A stretch of 63,858 nt of DNA, filler included, from Stramenopiles sp. TOSAG23-2 (GCA_900128395.1; 17 parts of 17 records of this genome joined end to end with filler, not necessarily neighbours in it), one strand, 5' to 3'. Shown: positions 33,755-45,471, counted from the whole stretch's first letter. The notes: generated by a model from the letters alone, not told the origin. A program made the numbers and translations.

Positions 33755-34199
33755 GATATTTTGTATAATTTCATATTTGCTGGTATTTATATATTATTTT
33801 AAGAAAAGGATGAAATTGTTCAAATGACGATGTAATTTTTACATGTTTTTGTGTTTTATAAAACGGATATTTTTATAATTTAATGATTTCTATGAATTTT
33901 ATAATTTGTTTTCGTTATTTCGGTAAATTAATAATTTATTCAAGTACAAATTTCAGTGTAAAAATTTGATGCCAAAAATTCTGCTATCCCTAATTTCTGA
34001 AAACAAGAAATGTCAAAATTATTTTGCCAATTGATAGGAAAAATGGTATACTAGTGGAGCCTAAGTTTAAAAAGGTATTTTCAATGTTTTTCCTTTGTTT
34101 TCATGTAATGAAATGAAAAATCCATCATTATAACAATGAATTAGAAGAATTTAGGTTGAAAATGATGATTTTGATGGAATTTGATGAAAAATATGCGCC

Positions 34200-34552
34200 A
34201 TGTAATGGTATGTAGTTTTAACATTAAAGCTAGGCGGCATCGTAGAGTACAAGTATAGTATATACCTATATCATACTAGCTACTGATCTACGAGGACTGA
34301 TGAAGAAGTGAAGAAGGTGGGTACACATTTTTATTATAACGAGGATATAAAATATATATAATCCATTAAATAATATGAAATGTAATGGTATGTAGTTTTA
34401 ACATTAAAGCTAGGCGGCATCGTAGAGTACAAGTATAGTATATACCTCTATCATACTACTGATGAAGAAGTGAGGTGGGTACGTGGGTACACGGTACACA
34501 TTTTTATTATAACGAGGATATAAAATATATATAATCTATTAAATAATATGAA
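34200..34552. repeat. Diverged tandem duplication, about 180-bp unit
   Basis: TGTAATGGTATGTAGTTTTAACATTAAAGC at 34201 and 34381; copies differ by small indels. Confidence 0.9.
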
Positions 34553-34622
34553 AATGAATAAATGTGCATACACCAAAACGAAAACAATTGCAGCATAGTA
34601 CATACATCTATTATATTGAAAG

Positions 34623-35281
34623 ATGTCTTCATCAGTAGCATGGAACATGAACGTTAAGAATGGCGCTGTTATTAAAATTCCAACAATTGATGTAAACGAA
34701 GCAGAAGACAATACTGTGCTAGAAGAGAATAATATGGAAAACGCGCCAATACTTAATAAAGAAACAAATGATAGCACTGTTATACATAAAGATGAAGTAC
34801 AATGTCCTCCACCTCTGTCTCCATCAACATCACAAATAAATTCAAGTAAACAGATACCATAACTTCCATTGGAACTACGATGGAAGTCAATCATGTTAAA
34901 AAAATAGAAAAGTGTATTAATGGTAATAAGAAAAGTATAATAAGAAAAAAAAATTTAAAGCAGAATTCAACAAAAATGTTAGACGAAAAAGCCATAGAAG
35001 AGCCGCAAACATTTCGTAGTGCAAAAGATTTCTTACACGCAGTGGATGGAAACGGGGCAAATAACAACAAAATAGGCACCCAAGATAGCCAACATATATC
35101 TTTTAATGGAAATACAAACGTCAATGCAAACCCATTCTCAAATAGAACCCGATGGATGCAACAACAACTTTTAAATAAAGGAAAGCAGAAAGATGATTAC
35201 CACGATGCGCAATTAAATTCACACGTTAGTTTTGCAGCTAATTGGAATGTAGATTATTCAAAAACGTTGAGAAAGTATTAA
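34623..35281 (+). pseudogene. Single gene split by a 1-nt frameshift (or sequencing error)
   Basis: One extra A in the run at 34848-34850 fuses both track ORFs (...NSSKTDTITSIGTTMEVNH...). Confidence 0.55.
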
Positions 35282-35929
35282 AATGGGGCAAGAGATAGGA
35301 AGAGAAATTTTATGATATATATATTACGAAGTATTTTTTTTTATTTAAAATAATACGAGCGTATTTTTTTATGTTTATATATTTATTTTTATTTTATTTA
35401 AGCATCATAATATTTATAAAAAATACGAAGTATACGTATAATACAAGTTGTTGTGTATACGAGTATATTATGATATGCATAGAACATTATGAAAGCAAAA
35501 AAAAGGCATTGTGTACTTCATATCATATGCATACTAAAAAAACCAAACGGTAGGTGTGTGTGTTTGTGAAAAATACCGGTATACGAGTATATTATGATAT
35601 GCATAGAACATTATGAAAGCAAAAAAAAGGCATGTGTATCATACTAAAAAAACCAAACGGTAGATGTGTGTGTGTGTGTGAAAAATACCGAGGAGAAGGA
35701 GTTAAAAATGTACAATTATTTAATATCACATACGAATGTATTTTATTCAAAAAAGAAATGTACTCCGTACATCTCATATATTATTTTAATACTCGTAATA
35801 AAAAATACGAAAAGAGTATTTTCGTACGAGCGCGTATTATTTTTTATTATGTTTTATTTTTATATAAATATAAAATTAACTAATATAATTTATATATATA
35901 TATTATATATATATATATATTTATATATA

Positions 35930-36390
35930 ATATATGAGTAAGAGAACGTTTTATATATTATGTGTATATTATGTGTAAAAATATTATAACTTAGATTTTA
36001 ACCATCATATATATTATGTGTAATAAAAAATCAAAAAATTTTTTTAAAAAAGGAGCAAAAATACTAAAAAATACGAGTATATTACGCCCATCATTGTGTA
36101 CGACGTACAGAATAATCATTTCAATATTCTTATTCTGGTTACGATTTTGTGGATGATAGTTTAGATGATGCCATGATGTATTCGTAAAATGACAGATATA
36201 TTTTGAAATGATTATTCTGTACGTCGTACACAATGATGGGCGTAATATATTTTTTAGTATTTTTTGCTCCTTTTTTAAAAAATTTTTGATTTTTTATTAC
36301 ACATAATATATATGATGGTTAAAATCTAAGTTATAATATTTTTACACATAATATACACATAATATATAAAACGTTCTCTTACTCATATAT
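35930..36390. repeat. Foldback inverted repeat, arms about 190 bp, loop about 78 nt
   Basis: 35930-36124 is the near-perfect reverse complement of 36203-36390; a third partial copy lies at 36767-36913; flanked by direct repeats (35432-35850 vs 36400-36730). Confidence 0.9.
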
Positions 36391-37013
36391 ATATATAAAC
36401 GTATAATACAAGTTGTTGTGTATACGAGTATATTATGATATGCATAGAACATTATGAAAGCAAAAAAAAGGCATTGTGTACTTCATATCATATGCATACT
36501 AAAAAAACCAAACGGTAGGTGTGTGTGTTTGTGAAAAATACCGAGGAGAAGGAGTTAAAAATGTACAATTATTAAATATATATCACATATGAATGTATTT
36601 TATTCAAAAAAGAAATGTACTCCGTACATCTCATATATTATTTTTATTTTAATAATAAAATTATTTTATAAAAGAGGTTTTTTAAAATAAAAATACGAAG
36701 AGTATTTTCGTATTATTTATTATTTTTTATTTTAATAAATATTCGTATAAAAAATTATACGAGTATATGTAATAAAAAATCAAAAAATTTTTTTAAAAAA
36801 GGAGCAAAAATACTAAAAAATACGAGTATATTACGCCCATCATTGTGTACGACGTACAAATAATCATTTCAAAATATATCTGTCATTTTACGAATACATC
36901 ATGGCATCATCTANNNNNNNNNNNNNNNNNNNNNNNNNNNNNNNNNNNNNNNNNNNNTTAATTAATTAANNNNNNNNNNNNNNNNNNNNNNNNNNNNNNN
37001 NNNNNNNNNNNNN

Positions 37014-37437
37014 GTGTTTCTACCATTGAAGCAGCAGGTATTTTAAAAATTCATTATAAAATGGTTTATTTTAATACTAACAATTTTGTTAGTTTTTTTT
37101 TCATTATTATTAGTATTATTTTAAAACACGTGTTAAACTCCTCTAATTAATTTTAAAAATATTTAAGGTATATACGAAAAATGGTCAATGTACTACCAAA
37201 ATACCAAAATCGTCATCATCATCTTTTTCTGGCATTTTATTACCTTAATATTGTGCAAGTGTTTCTACCATTACAGCAGCAGGTATTTTAAAAGTTCATT
37301 ATAAAATGGTTTATTTTAATACTAACAATTTTGTTACCTTTTTTTTCCATTGTTATTAGTGTTATTTTGAAACACGTGTTAAACTCCTCTAATTAATTTG
37401 AAAAATATTTAAGGTAGTATATACGAAAAATGGTCAA
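37014..37437 (+). repeat. Tandem 245-bp repeat at contig start
   Basis: GTGTTTCTACCATT..AGCAGCAGGTATTTTAAAA at 37014 and 37259. Confidence 0.9.
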
Positions 37438-37518
37438 AAGTCAAAAGAATGGTCAAATTAAAATGTAAAATATATTTCATCTATGCATATATATATCATT
37501 ATTTATATATAAAATTTT

Positions 37519-40455
37519 TTATTTTTTTCTACTGCTGCTACTTGTCTGATCTTCCTCTTCTTCTTCTACACCGGATAATGGCACCAATTCATCTTCACTG
37601 GAAATCGTAAATCCAGACAATAACTTTAACAAACTGCTACCGACTTCTAAAAAGTGACGTTCCAGTTCAAGATCATTTTCATTATCTCCATATTCATCTT
37701 CTTGTTCTTCCTCCTCTTCATCATTTACAATATCTTCTACAACATCTACTAATTCATCCAATGAATTGCAGATTTTTCTAATCATGCTTCCCCCTCCAAG
37801 TGAATCAACACTTGCTGTATTACCACCATCTAAACATGAATTATGCAATACTTTACATGCTAGAGTAGACATTTCCAAATCATTAGTTCCAGCATCACGT
37901 ATTACACTTAACAATTTATTAATACCTTGAGTATCTTTACTACGAATTAACTTTTTACCTTCATCGCATGCAGCTAAATTCATCAATACACCACATACAG
38001 ACATAACAATGTCACGATTTTCATGTTCTAAAAGCAAAACAAATATTTCATCACTCCTTGTTACAGATAAATAATCTCTTAATTTAGGACAACGTGAAAA
38101 GTTTGCAAATGCGCGCGACGCTTCCAATATTCCTTCTTCTTGATCATTTTCCAACAACAATTGTGTCATTAAATTAATGACTTTTTCACCTTCCGTTTCC
38201 ATGAAATGCAAAGAGGCAGATACTTTTTTATCATCACCACCATCATGATGATTTCCCGGTATAGCATAAAAGGATAAATTGCTAATTGCACTGACAACAT
38301 TTAATTGTAATTCTTCGTATTCAATACCTTTCACATCCGCCAATAAAGTGACCAAGGTTTTAATACCACTTGAACGTGCAAATCGATTACCTGGACCAGC
38401 AGCAATAGACATATTTGCTATTAAACGAACTATTTTAACTAATACTTCAGCAGTCTCTTTAGGTTTAATGGTTTCTTCTGATATTACAAAACTAGCTTTA
38501 ATTAAATTGACAGTATGAAATGCCAATAAATTGGATAAAGTTGTAATACCACTTTTATAACCTGGTGTGCTATTAGGCTCCACATCTTGTGAGTCATTGT
38601 CATCATCATCATCTTCTTCATCATCATCGCATTTAATTAACGCATCAGCAAGTATGCGTCGATTATCATCAGATGCACCAGCTGTTAAATTTCCAAGTAC
38701 AAAAAATGTTCTAACCAACATGGCATTATGATTTTTATATTTATTGCATAATGTAAGCAATGCTTCCAATGTCTGTTGGCCATTATCATCACTTTCCTCA
38801 CCAGCGATACGAGAACGACCAGCGGCATGCAAAGACAATTTGCTTAAAATGCGTACAATATTCAACATCAATTCAGAGTGTGTCATCGGAAACGTACAAA
38901 CGATATGGCACAATGTTTGTACCACACGTGCAGTCCAAAATTGTTTTAAATGCCTTTTATCACCGGATAAGTTGCGCAATGTACCTGTAATTTGAATTAG
39001 TAATTGTGCTACTTGTTTTTCATGTGGGCCTTGATATCCTTTCGATGCAGCAGTCATCATAGATCCTAATGTCGTTATAGCACCTTGCGTTGCCATCAAT
39101 TTCTGATTATCTTTGTTTAACGTACATACATTTTTCAATGTTCCAGTTGCATATGTTAAAATATCAAGCTTAAATCGCACACGTGCTTTTCTAGGTCTGT
39201 TTTTCTTTGTCCTACGTCTTCTATCTTCACCAGCTTCACCTGATAGTAACTCCAACAACGTATGTATAATACGTTCCTTTCGAAAGAGTTCATCATGCTT
39301 TTTCGATTTGCTTAATGAAAATAAAAGTCTCAATGCAGTTACCATTTGTTTGTGCCGTCGGCTAGTTTCATCGGCTTTGTTAACACCGTTTGTATCTTTG
39401 CTTTGTAAATCTTGCACAGCAGCCGCAGCTGCTATTCGCAATATTAATTTTGCAACACATAGTTGCAAACGTGGTATATTTAATTTCATTAGTTTGTATA
39501 AAGCACGCATTGCTTGCTGCCTTATACGTATCGTACTTTCCTCTATACTTTTACCATCCATACCAATTATTGAATAATTGGGGCTATCAATACCTCCCAT
39601 AGTCAAATCGCCTACAGAAGCTTCTACGGCAGCTAGTTTTAAAAGTAAAATATCTGTCGATGTTTTCGGATCAAGTTCCTTTAAAATTCCTTTTTCTAAA
39701 TTCTTTAGGGTTTGAAATCTTGCTGCAATTTCAGCACTAGCTGGATTATCTAATGGATTTTCTTCTTCATCTTCCTCTTGTTCCTCTTCTGCATATTTCT
39801 GTGCTTCATCCTCGTCTTCTTCCTGTTTCTTCTTTTTTTTCTTCTTTTTTTTACTCTTTTTACTTTTCTTCTTTTTCATTATCATTGTACTTTCTTTGTC
39901 TCCAACTACCTCATCTCCTTTTTTTGTAATAGTTACTTGGAATGGTTGATTTGTAGTATCGCATACCTCAACCATATTGTCACTAGAGTTTGTTACACCC
40001 CAACCCCATTCTGAGGCTGGTTGTTGCGTCATACTCATTTCATTTTCTTTTCTACTGCTACTACTACTAATGTCGTTGTGGCTGTTATCAACACAATTAC
40101 TATTATTAGAACTTTTATTACTACCACCACGTTTTTTCTTTTTCTTTTTCCTTCTTTGTCCAGATTGACCATAACCAGTATTAGTATTCAAAACGTTACC
40201 GCTATTATTGTCATAGAAATATTTATTATTATCATATCCATCATTCATATGAAAAGCAGCACTTGTTGAACCACCATCCAAATGAAATGCAGATGTTGGT
40301 CGACTTTCTGGACGATAATCTTCACCAGAAAATAATGAACGTCGCATTGATTCAGCAGGTGTTGTTGGCCGTTTAGGATCACTTAACGATGCACGTGCTT
40401 GTTCTAATACTTGATATATTGTACTTCTTTCATTTTTTGCATCATCAGATATCAT
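37519..40455 (-). CDS. ARMC2: Armadillo repeat-containing protein 2
   Basis: N-terminal QARASL..PKRPTTP..RSLF..RPTSAF; ARM repeats YATGTLKN, LLIQITGTLRNL, NIVRILSKLS, VLVKIVRLIANMSI, VCGVLMNL. Confidence 0.85.
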   Translation of the reverse strand: MISDDAKNERSTIYQVLEQARASLSDPKRPTTPAESMRRSLFSGEDYRPESRPTSAFHLDGGSTSAAFHMNDGYDNNKYFYDNNSGNVLNTNTGYGQSGQRRKKKKKKRGGSNKSSNNSNCVDNSHNDISSSSSRKENEMSMTQQPASEWGWGVTNSSDNMVEVCDTTNQPFQVTITKKGDEVVGDKESTMIMKKKKSKKSKKKKKKKKKQEEDEDEAQKYAEEEQEEDEEENPLDNPASAEIAARFQTLKNLEKGILKELDPKTSTDILLLKLAAVEASVGDLTMGGIDSPNYSIIGMDGKSIEESTIRIRQQAMRALYKLMKLNIPRLQLCVAKLILRIAAAAAVQDLQSKDTNGVNKADETSRRHKQMVTALRLLFSLSKSKKHDELFRKERIIHTLLELLSGEAGEDRRRRTKKNRPRKARVRFKLDILTYATGTLKNVCTLNKDNQKLMATQGAITTLGSMMTAASKGYQGPHEKQVAQLLIQITGTLRNLSGDKRHLKQFWTARVVQTLCHIVCTFPMTHSELMLNIVRILSKLSLHAAGRSRIAGEESDDNGQQTLEALLTLCNKYKNHNAMLVRTFFVLGNLTAGASDDNRRILADALIKCDDDEEDDDDDNDSQDVEPNSTPGYKSGITTLSNLLAFHTVNLIKASFVISEETIKPKETAEVLVKIVRLIANMSIAAGPGNRFARSSGIKTLVTLLADVKGIEYEELQLNVVSAISNLSFYAIPGNHHDGGDDKKVSASLHFMETEGEKVINLMTQLLLENDQEEGILEASRAFANFSRCPKLRDYLSVTRSDEIFVLLLEHENRDIVMSVCGVLMNLAACDEGKKLIRSKDTQGINKLLSVIRDAGTNDLEMSTLACKVLHNSCLDGGNTASVDSLGGGSMIRKICNSLDELVDVVEDIVNDEEEEEQEDEYGDNENDLELERHFLEVGSSLLKLLSGFTISSEDELVPLSGVEEEEEDQTSSSSRKK

Positions 40456-40833
40456 CTTATATATATATATAAAAAAAAAATAATGTCAAAAAATATTATT
40501 AAAAAACAATTACGAATACCAATATGTAATAATATGCAACAAGGAAAAACAAAACCCCAAGAATATGCTAATTATATATATATATATTCGGTATGTTAAT
40601 TATTTGTAAATAAGAATACATAAAATATATGTCCAGTATATTTCGAATATATACATGAATTATTATATTTCTCGATTCATTCAAAATATTTAAAAATCTA
40701 TAACGTCAATATATTTATTAATCCTATCCTCTATATATTACAAGCGTGGATATCTGTGGTTTAAGGTGACAAAATTAAAAAAAAAATAAATGAAGTGCCT
40801 ATATTTCACTCATTTTTGTATGATGTATTACAT

Positions 40834-41006
40834 TTGACCATTTTTCGTATATACCTTAAATATTTTTCAAATTAATTGCAGGGGTTTAACACGTGTTTTA
40901 AAATAAGCCTAATAACAAAGAAAAAAAAAACTAACAAAATTGTTTGTATTAAAATAAACCATTTTATAATGAATTTTTAAAATACGTGCTGCTTCAATGG
41001 TAGAAA
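40834..41006 (-). repeat. Inverted copy of the 37014 repeat unit
   Basis: Reverse complement of 37017-37188 with scattered substitutions. Confidence 0.9.
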
Positions 41007-41107
41007 GNNNNNNNNNNNNNNNNNNNNNNNNNNNNNNNNNNNNNNNNNNNNTTAATTAATTAANNNNNNNNNNNNNNNNNNNNNNNNNNNNNNNNNNNNN
41101 NNNNNNN

Positions 41108-41183
41108 GTAACGCTTCCAAGGTGGATTCATTTGTTGTACGTTGTCGTTTTGTAGGTGGTTGGTTAGTAGTCAAAGATGCCAT
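41108..41183 (-). CDS. First 25 codons of a possible transaldolase
   Basis: MASLTTNQPPTKRQRTTNESTLEAL resembles eukaryotic transaldolase N-termini (P.KRQR...S.L..L); too short to confirm. Confidence 0.4.
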
Positions 41184-41431
41184 AGTTTATGTATATATAT
41201 CTTTATATATATATATATTTTGTATATATATATTCTATATATCTATATTGTCTTCAACATATTTTTAGTATATATTTATTTGTATATATTTCTTAGATCA
41301 TTCAAATTTCATCAATTCTTCTCAACATAAACAGAAGTGATAATTAAAAAAAGTAATTAATAAAAATTATAAAAACGTATTATTACCTACTTTCGGCCTG
41401 ACATAAACACACACACACGATTTTCTCTCTC

Positions 41432-43144
41432 TCACAATTTAAAACTTGGGACAATTGCCACATTAATAGTACAACTCATCGATGCAGGCGATGAAGGACG
41501 TTTGACATTAGCGCTATTTGGTCTACTACTACTACTTGTTGTTGGCGTGACCGATAAACTAATTTTTCCTGATTTTCTCCATTGATGATTTGGTGGATTA
41601 TACACAACTGAATATGATTCATGGCTTTTACATGCTAAATCACCTAATGTTATACATAAACCTTCAGCATTTTCAGAATTACCACGTTGTATAAACCATG
41701 GATGCGATGAAAACGAAGATTCGACATAACTATCACCTGGTCTTAATAACATACGTGGATGGCGTTGCCCATCATAATTAATCCAAAATATTTGAAATGG
41801 TTCGATATCATGGTTTGAAAATTTTATAGTACATTCAACATCATCATCTTTTGAACTTATCTTTTTTAACATTGATCGTGGTGCAATTGCAAATGTCAAT
41901 CCATCCGATGTTTCGCCTAAATAATTTTCTGCTAAAACAGATGGTGTTTGATTACCACGTGATGCAGCAGCAGAGACTGGCCTTCGTTTACTTTTATATC
42001 GTTCATAATGTGACATGGGTGGCGGTTCTTGAGTTAATAAACTAGTAATTTTTCTTTCACCTAATAAATTTGTAGTGGTCGATAATGAATAACCAGCACG
42101 TACATGCAACACTTTCATATTACCTTTAGCTGTTGAAAAATAAAAGGTTGAATTTGTTGGTTGTAAATTAAAAATACGCAATGGTGTTGGAGGCTGTGCC
42201 TCTAAATGTTTTTTCTTACTATCTCCACTTGGTAATTTTGATGATACAGTCATCCCATTTTCATCTAATTCAGGTACTTTATTAAATCGTGGTTGAAATT
42301 TTCCACGTCGACTACCCCATTTTGGCCTTTGTTGTTGTTGCTGTTCCGTTGTTGTAAATTCATTAATACCAACTCTGCCAGATCGACGACGTAATGTACC
42401 AGTAGCTGTTGCTGGTCTTCTTGATTTTTTTTTATCATTTACATTTTTATTTGAGCTACTAAAAATTGCATTATCGTTGCTATTATTGTTTATTCCTATA
42501 TCCTCATCATCGCCATTATCATTGTTGTTACCATCAACACCTCGATATACTTGTCGTGTTGCACCTGCTGGTGCTGTACTTGGTTTATTTAAAGAAATAT
42601 TTTTATAATCAATTTTTATTGCATCAATTGCGGCTTGCGTTAAACGTGGTGGTGAATGACTTAATTCACGACGATACATTTTTCCACGTTGTAATGCTGG
42701 TTGTAATAATTTCAACGCTTCTGTCGCTTCTTCATATCCATCATATTCTAATCTTCCACGTCTTCCATCATATTCATATTCATAAATGGAAGGACCAGCA
42801 GTATGAAATTTCCAACCACCAATTTTACCAGCCTCTTTATGTTCTTTTGTAATACCACGATTCAGAGGCTCTTTACCTAATGATGGTTGTAAACGTACTG
42901 CATCAAATGGTCGTCGAAATTGTATTGCAGGTTGATATCTTTGAAATTTGTTTCTTCGTCTACTATTCTTATAATTATTAGTATTACTACTCTTTTTTTT
43001 AAAACTATTGTTAGAAGTGATAGTATTATGATTATTATTATTACCTGTCGTTTTTTTTGTCGTATCAATTTGTGTTTTTATTAATGGTATATTAAAACCA
43101 TGATATGTTTTTGGACCTTTAAATTCTGGTAATAAATTTTCCAT
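41432..43144 (-). CDS. Protein with C-terminal VHL beta domain
   Basis: IKFSN...IFWINYDGQR...LRPGDSYVESSFSSHPW; disordered N-terminus with RPxTA motifs. Confidence 0.75.
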   Translation of the reverse strand: MENLLPEFKGPKTYHGFNIPLIKTQIDTTKKTTGNNNNHNTITSNNSFKKKSSNTNNYKNSRRRNKFQRYQPAIQFRRPFDAVRLQPSLGKEPLNRGITKEHKEAGKIGGWKFHTAGPSIYEYEYDGRRGRLEYDGYEEATEALKLLQPALQRGKMYRRELSHSPPRLTQAAIDAIKIDYKNISLNKPSTAPAGATRQVYRGVDGNNNDNGDDEDIGINNNSNDNAIFSSSNKNVNDKKKSRRPATATGTLRRRSGRVGINEFTTTEQQQQQRPKWGSRRGKFQPRFNKVPELDENGMTVSSKLPSGDSKKKHLEAQPPTPLRIFNLQPTNSTFYFSTAKGNMKVLHVRAGYSLSTTTNLLGERKITSLLTQEPPPMSHYERYKSKRRPVSAAASRGNQTPSVLAENYLGETSDGLTFAIAPRSMLKKISSKDDDVECTIKFSNHDIEPFQIFWINYDGQRHPRMLLRPGDSYVESSFSSHPWFIQRGNSENAEGLCITLGDLACKSHESYSVVYNPPNHQWRKSGKISLSVTPTTSSSSRPNSANVKRPSSPASMSCTINVAIVPSFKL

Positions 43145-43969
43145 CTTACTAATTATAGAAGAAAAGGTTCAAGGGACTACAAGCGATATATATATCTACA
43201 TATACATAAACACATAAACAGAGAAATATGTTAATGTTTTTCTTTTGTCTTGTCTTTGTATTTCTATTTTTTTGATTGAAAATTATTTAATTATAAATCT
43301 ATATATATATACTATATGCACCTATAACTAGTTTGTATAACAATTGTATTTTGAAAGATGACCATGAATAACGGTCGATCGAAGAAATGTCGGAAAAATT
43401 TAAAATCATTTTGTAATATTTTAGTCCATTTTTGGAAAAACAGTAATTTCGACACCAGAGTTTAAAGGTTTTTTTTTGGGAAAATGAAGCTGAACAGCAC
43501 AACAGCGTGCAAAAATGTATGCCGACACTCATAATAAATATATGATTAAAAAATAATTACATGCATATTATATGTACAATCAATGAAGGATGCACACGCA
43601 CCATTTACATCGCCCGCCACGCTTTAAACCACAAAAACACATTCATTAAATTCCTGCATATTTATTTATCATTGTTGCAACATCTCTTGAATAATCTGTT
43701 GAATCATTTCAATCGTTTTTGTTTTTTTGCCAACTGTTGAAAAATTATCAGAGAGGTGAAAAAACACACGTAGGGATCTAAATCTAAATCGTAAAATGTT
43801 TTGCTAGACTTGTATCTAGAAGGTAAGATATCCGTATCCCCGTAAAGACATTTACGAATAGCTTTCTCAATATCAGCGTTACAGTCCCCCAGGATAGTAG
43901 AACATCAAGTAAATACTCTCCTATTTTCATTCCGTCATTACATGTAATTCTCACAGCTGTAATGAGTAA

Positions 43970-44383
43970 TCTCCACAAATTGGTCATACAGATGCTATTC
44001 ATAAACATCTTAATGCATTTAAAAAGTTTTGTCAAGATAACCAAGAGGCACTGAAAGAACAAGAAGTAGATAAACTTGCGAACAATATTATTGAATATTC
44101 TTCTCGGGTTTACATCAATGTTCGATTATTGTTACTCAATAGTAAAGAAAATTCTAGTGCTATCTGGCAGCATATTATTACTATAGGAGCTATTGTTTAT
44201 CCACAAGCTAAACTTAAGAAAGTCTTGAAGGAACAGCAAGAGGTTGCGGCATCTAATAATTCTCTCAATTCTGCTTTCATTTTATTATTAAGCATTTTTA
44301 ATAAATTTGTCAAGCTTCTGATTTCTGCTCCTCGTCTTCTTCTTTGGGTTTATGATAAGCGTTGTTTTTGGGGAACCTTATAG
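43970..44383 (+). pseudogene. Start-less fragment resembling a conserved iridovirus-like (Nucleocytoviricota) protein
   Basis: Manual translation HTDAIHKHLNAFKKFCQDNQEAL...IEYSSRVYINV...AIWQHIITIGAIVYPQAKLKKVLKE; family recognised from memory only. Confidence 0.55.
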
Positions 44384-45471
44384 TACCGAAAATGGAATTA
44401 TCTTTACCTAAATGTCAGTAGTAGATAGGTTTTGTGTTAAGGAAATCTAAGAAATTGTAGAAAAAAGTGGATAGAAATTAGAAAAAATACCAACATATTG
44501 AAATAACCGCAACAATTGGCAAAAAATTACAAGAAACCGTGGATTTTGTAAATAAAGTAACAATAATTTAATAGTGAATAGTGTATTTTTAATATTTAAG
44601 GATACCAGACGATTTAGAAACACAGCTGAAAGAAATTAGAACAAGTATTTATATGAATAACAAAATAAAATTAATGTACGACGCCGGCCACCCAAAATGA
44701 TTGCAATTACTTCCTCCTTATTTCGAACATTTGCCGGCGGCGTTAGCCCCTAGTATCTCCCAATGGGGCCTGTGAGCAAAACTGCCCGCGTGACATAGGA
44801 GAGTATATGTAGATTTAAGTACCATTATTTTTACTCTATAAGATAACCCCCTTTGTGTCCGTGCTAGAGTGGACAGATTACCCTTAGTTTTACCTTATTA
44901 GTAGATTAAGTATATGAAATATGCACTTAGATGTATTCCTATCAAGTGAGATCGAAAATGGATATATTACCTGACTTTTATCCGTAATGCTATTACTATG
45001 CTATTTGAAAATGGTATACATGCGTATAAAACATGTATGTGAACAATGTTTACATCAATACAACGCATCACATATCATATTTAGATACATACAAACNNNN
45101 NNNNNNNNNNNNNNNNNNNNNNNNNNNNNNNNNNNNNNNNTTAATTAATTAANNNNNNNNNNNNNNNNNNNNNNNNNNNNNNNNNNNNNNNNNNNNTATC
45201 ATGAGAGTAGAATCTAAATATAAAACTATACACGAGAGAAATATATTCGTACGAATATATTTATATACGAATACGACGTACGAATCGTAATTATAATACG
45301 ATGTTACGTATACGAAGTCCGTACCACGAAGGAGAATTGTACCGCGAGATGTTTAATAAATTTTAACGGTATATTTTTACTGTGTTCGTACGAAAAACCT
45401 TTTTTCTATGTACACGAAAGAGTCTGGCGACACAGACTAAACCACCACACATCAAAATATTAAGTTTTTTC

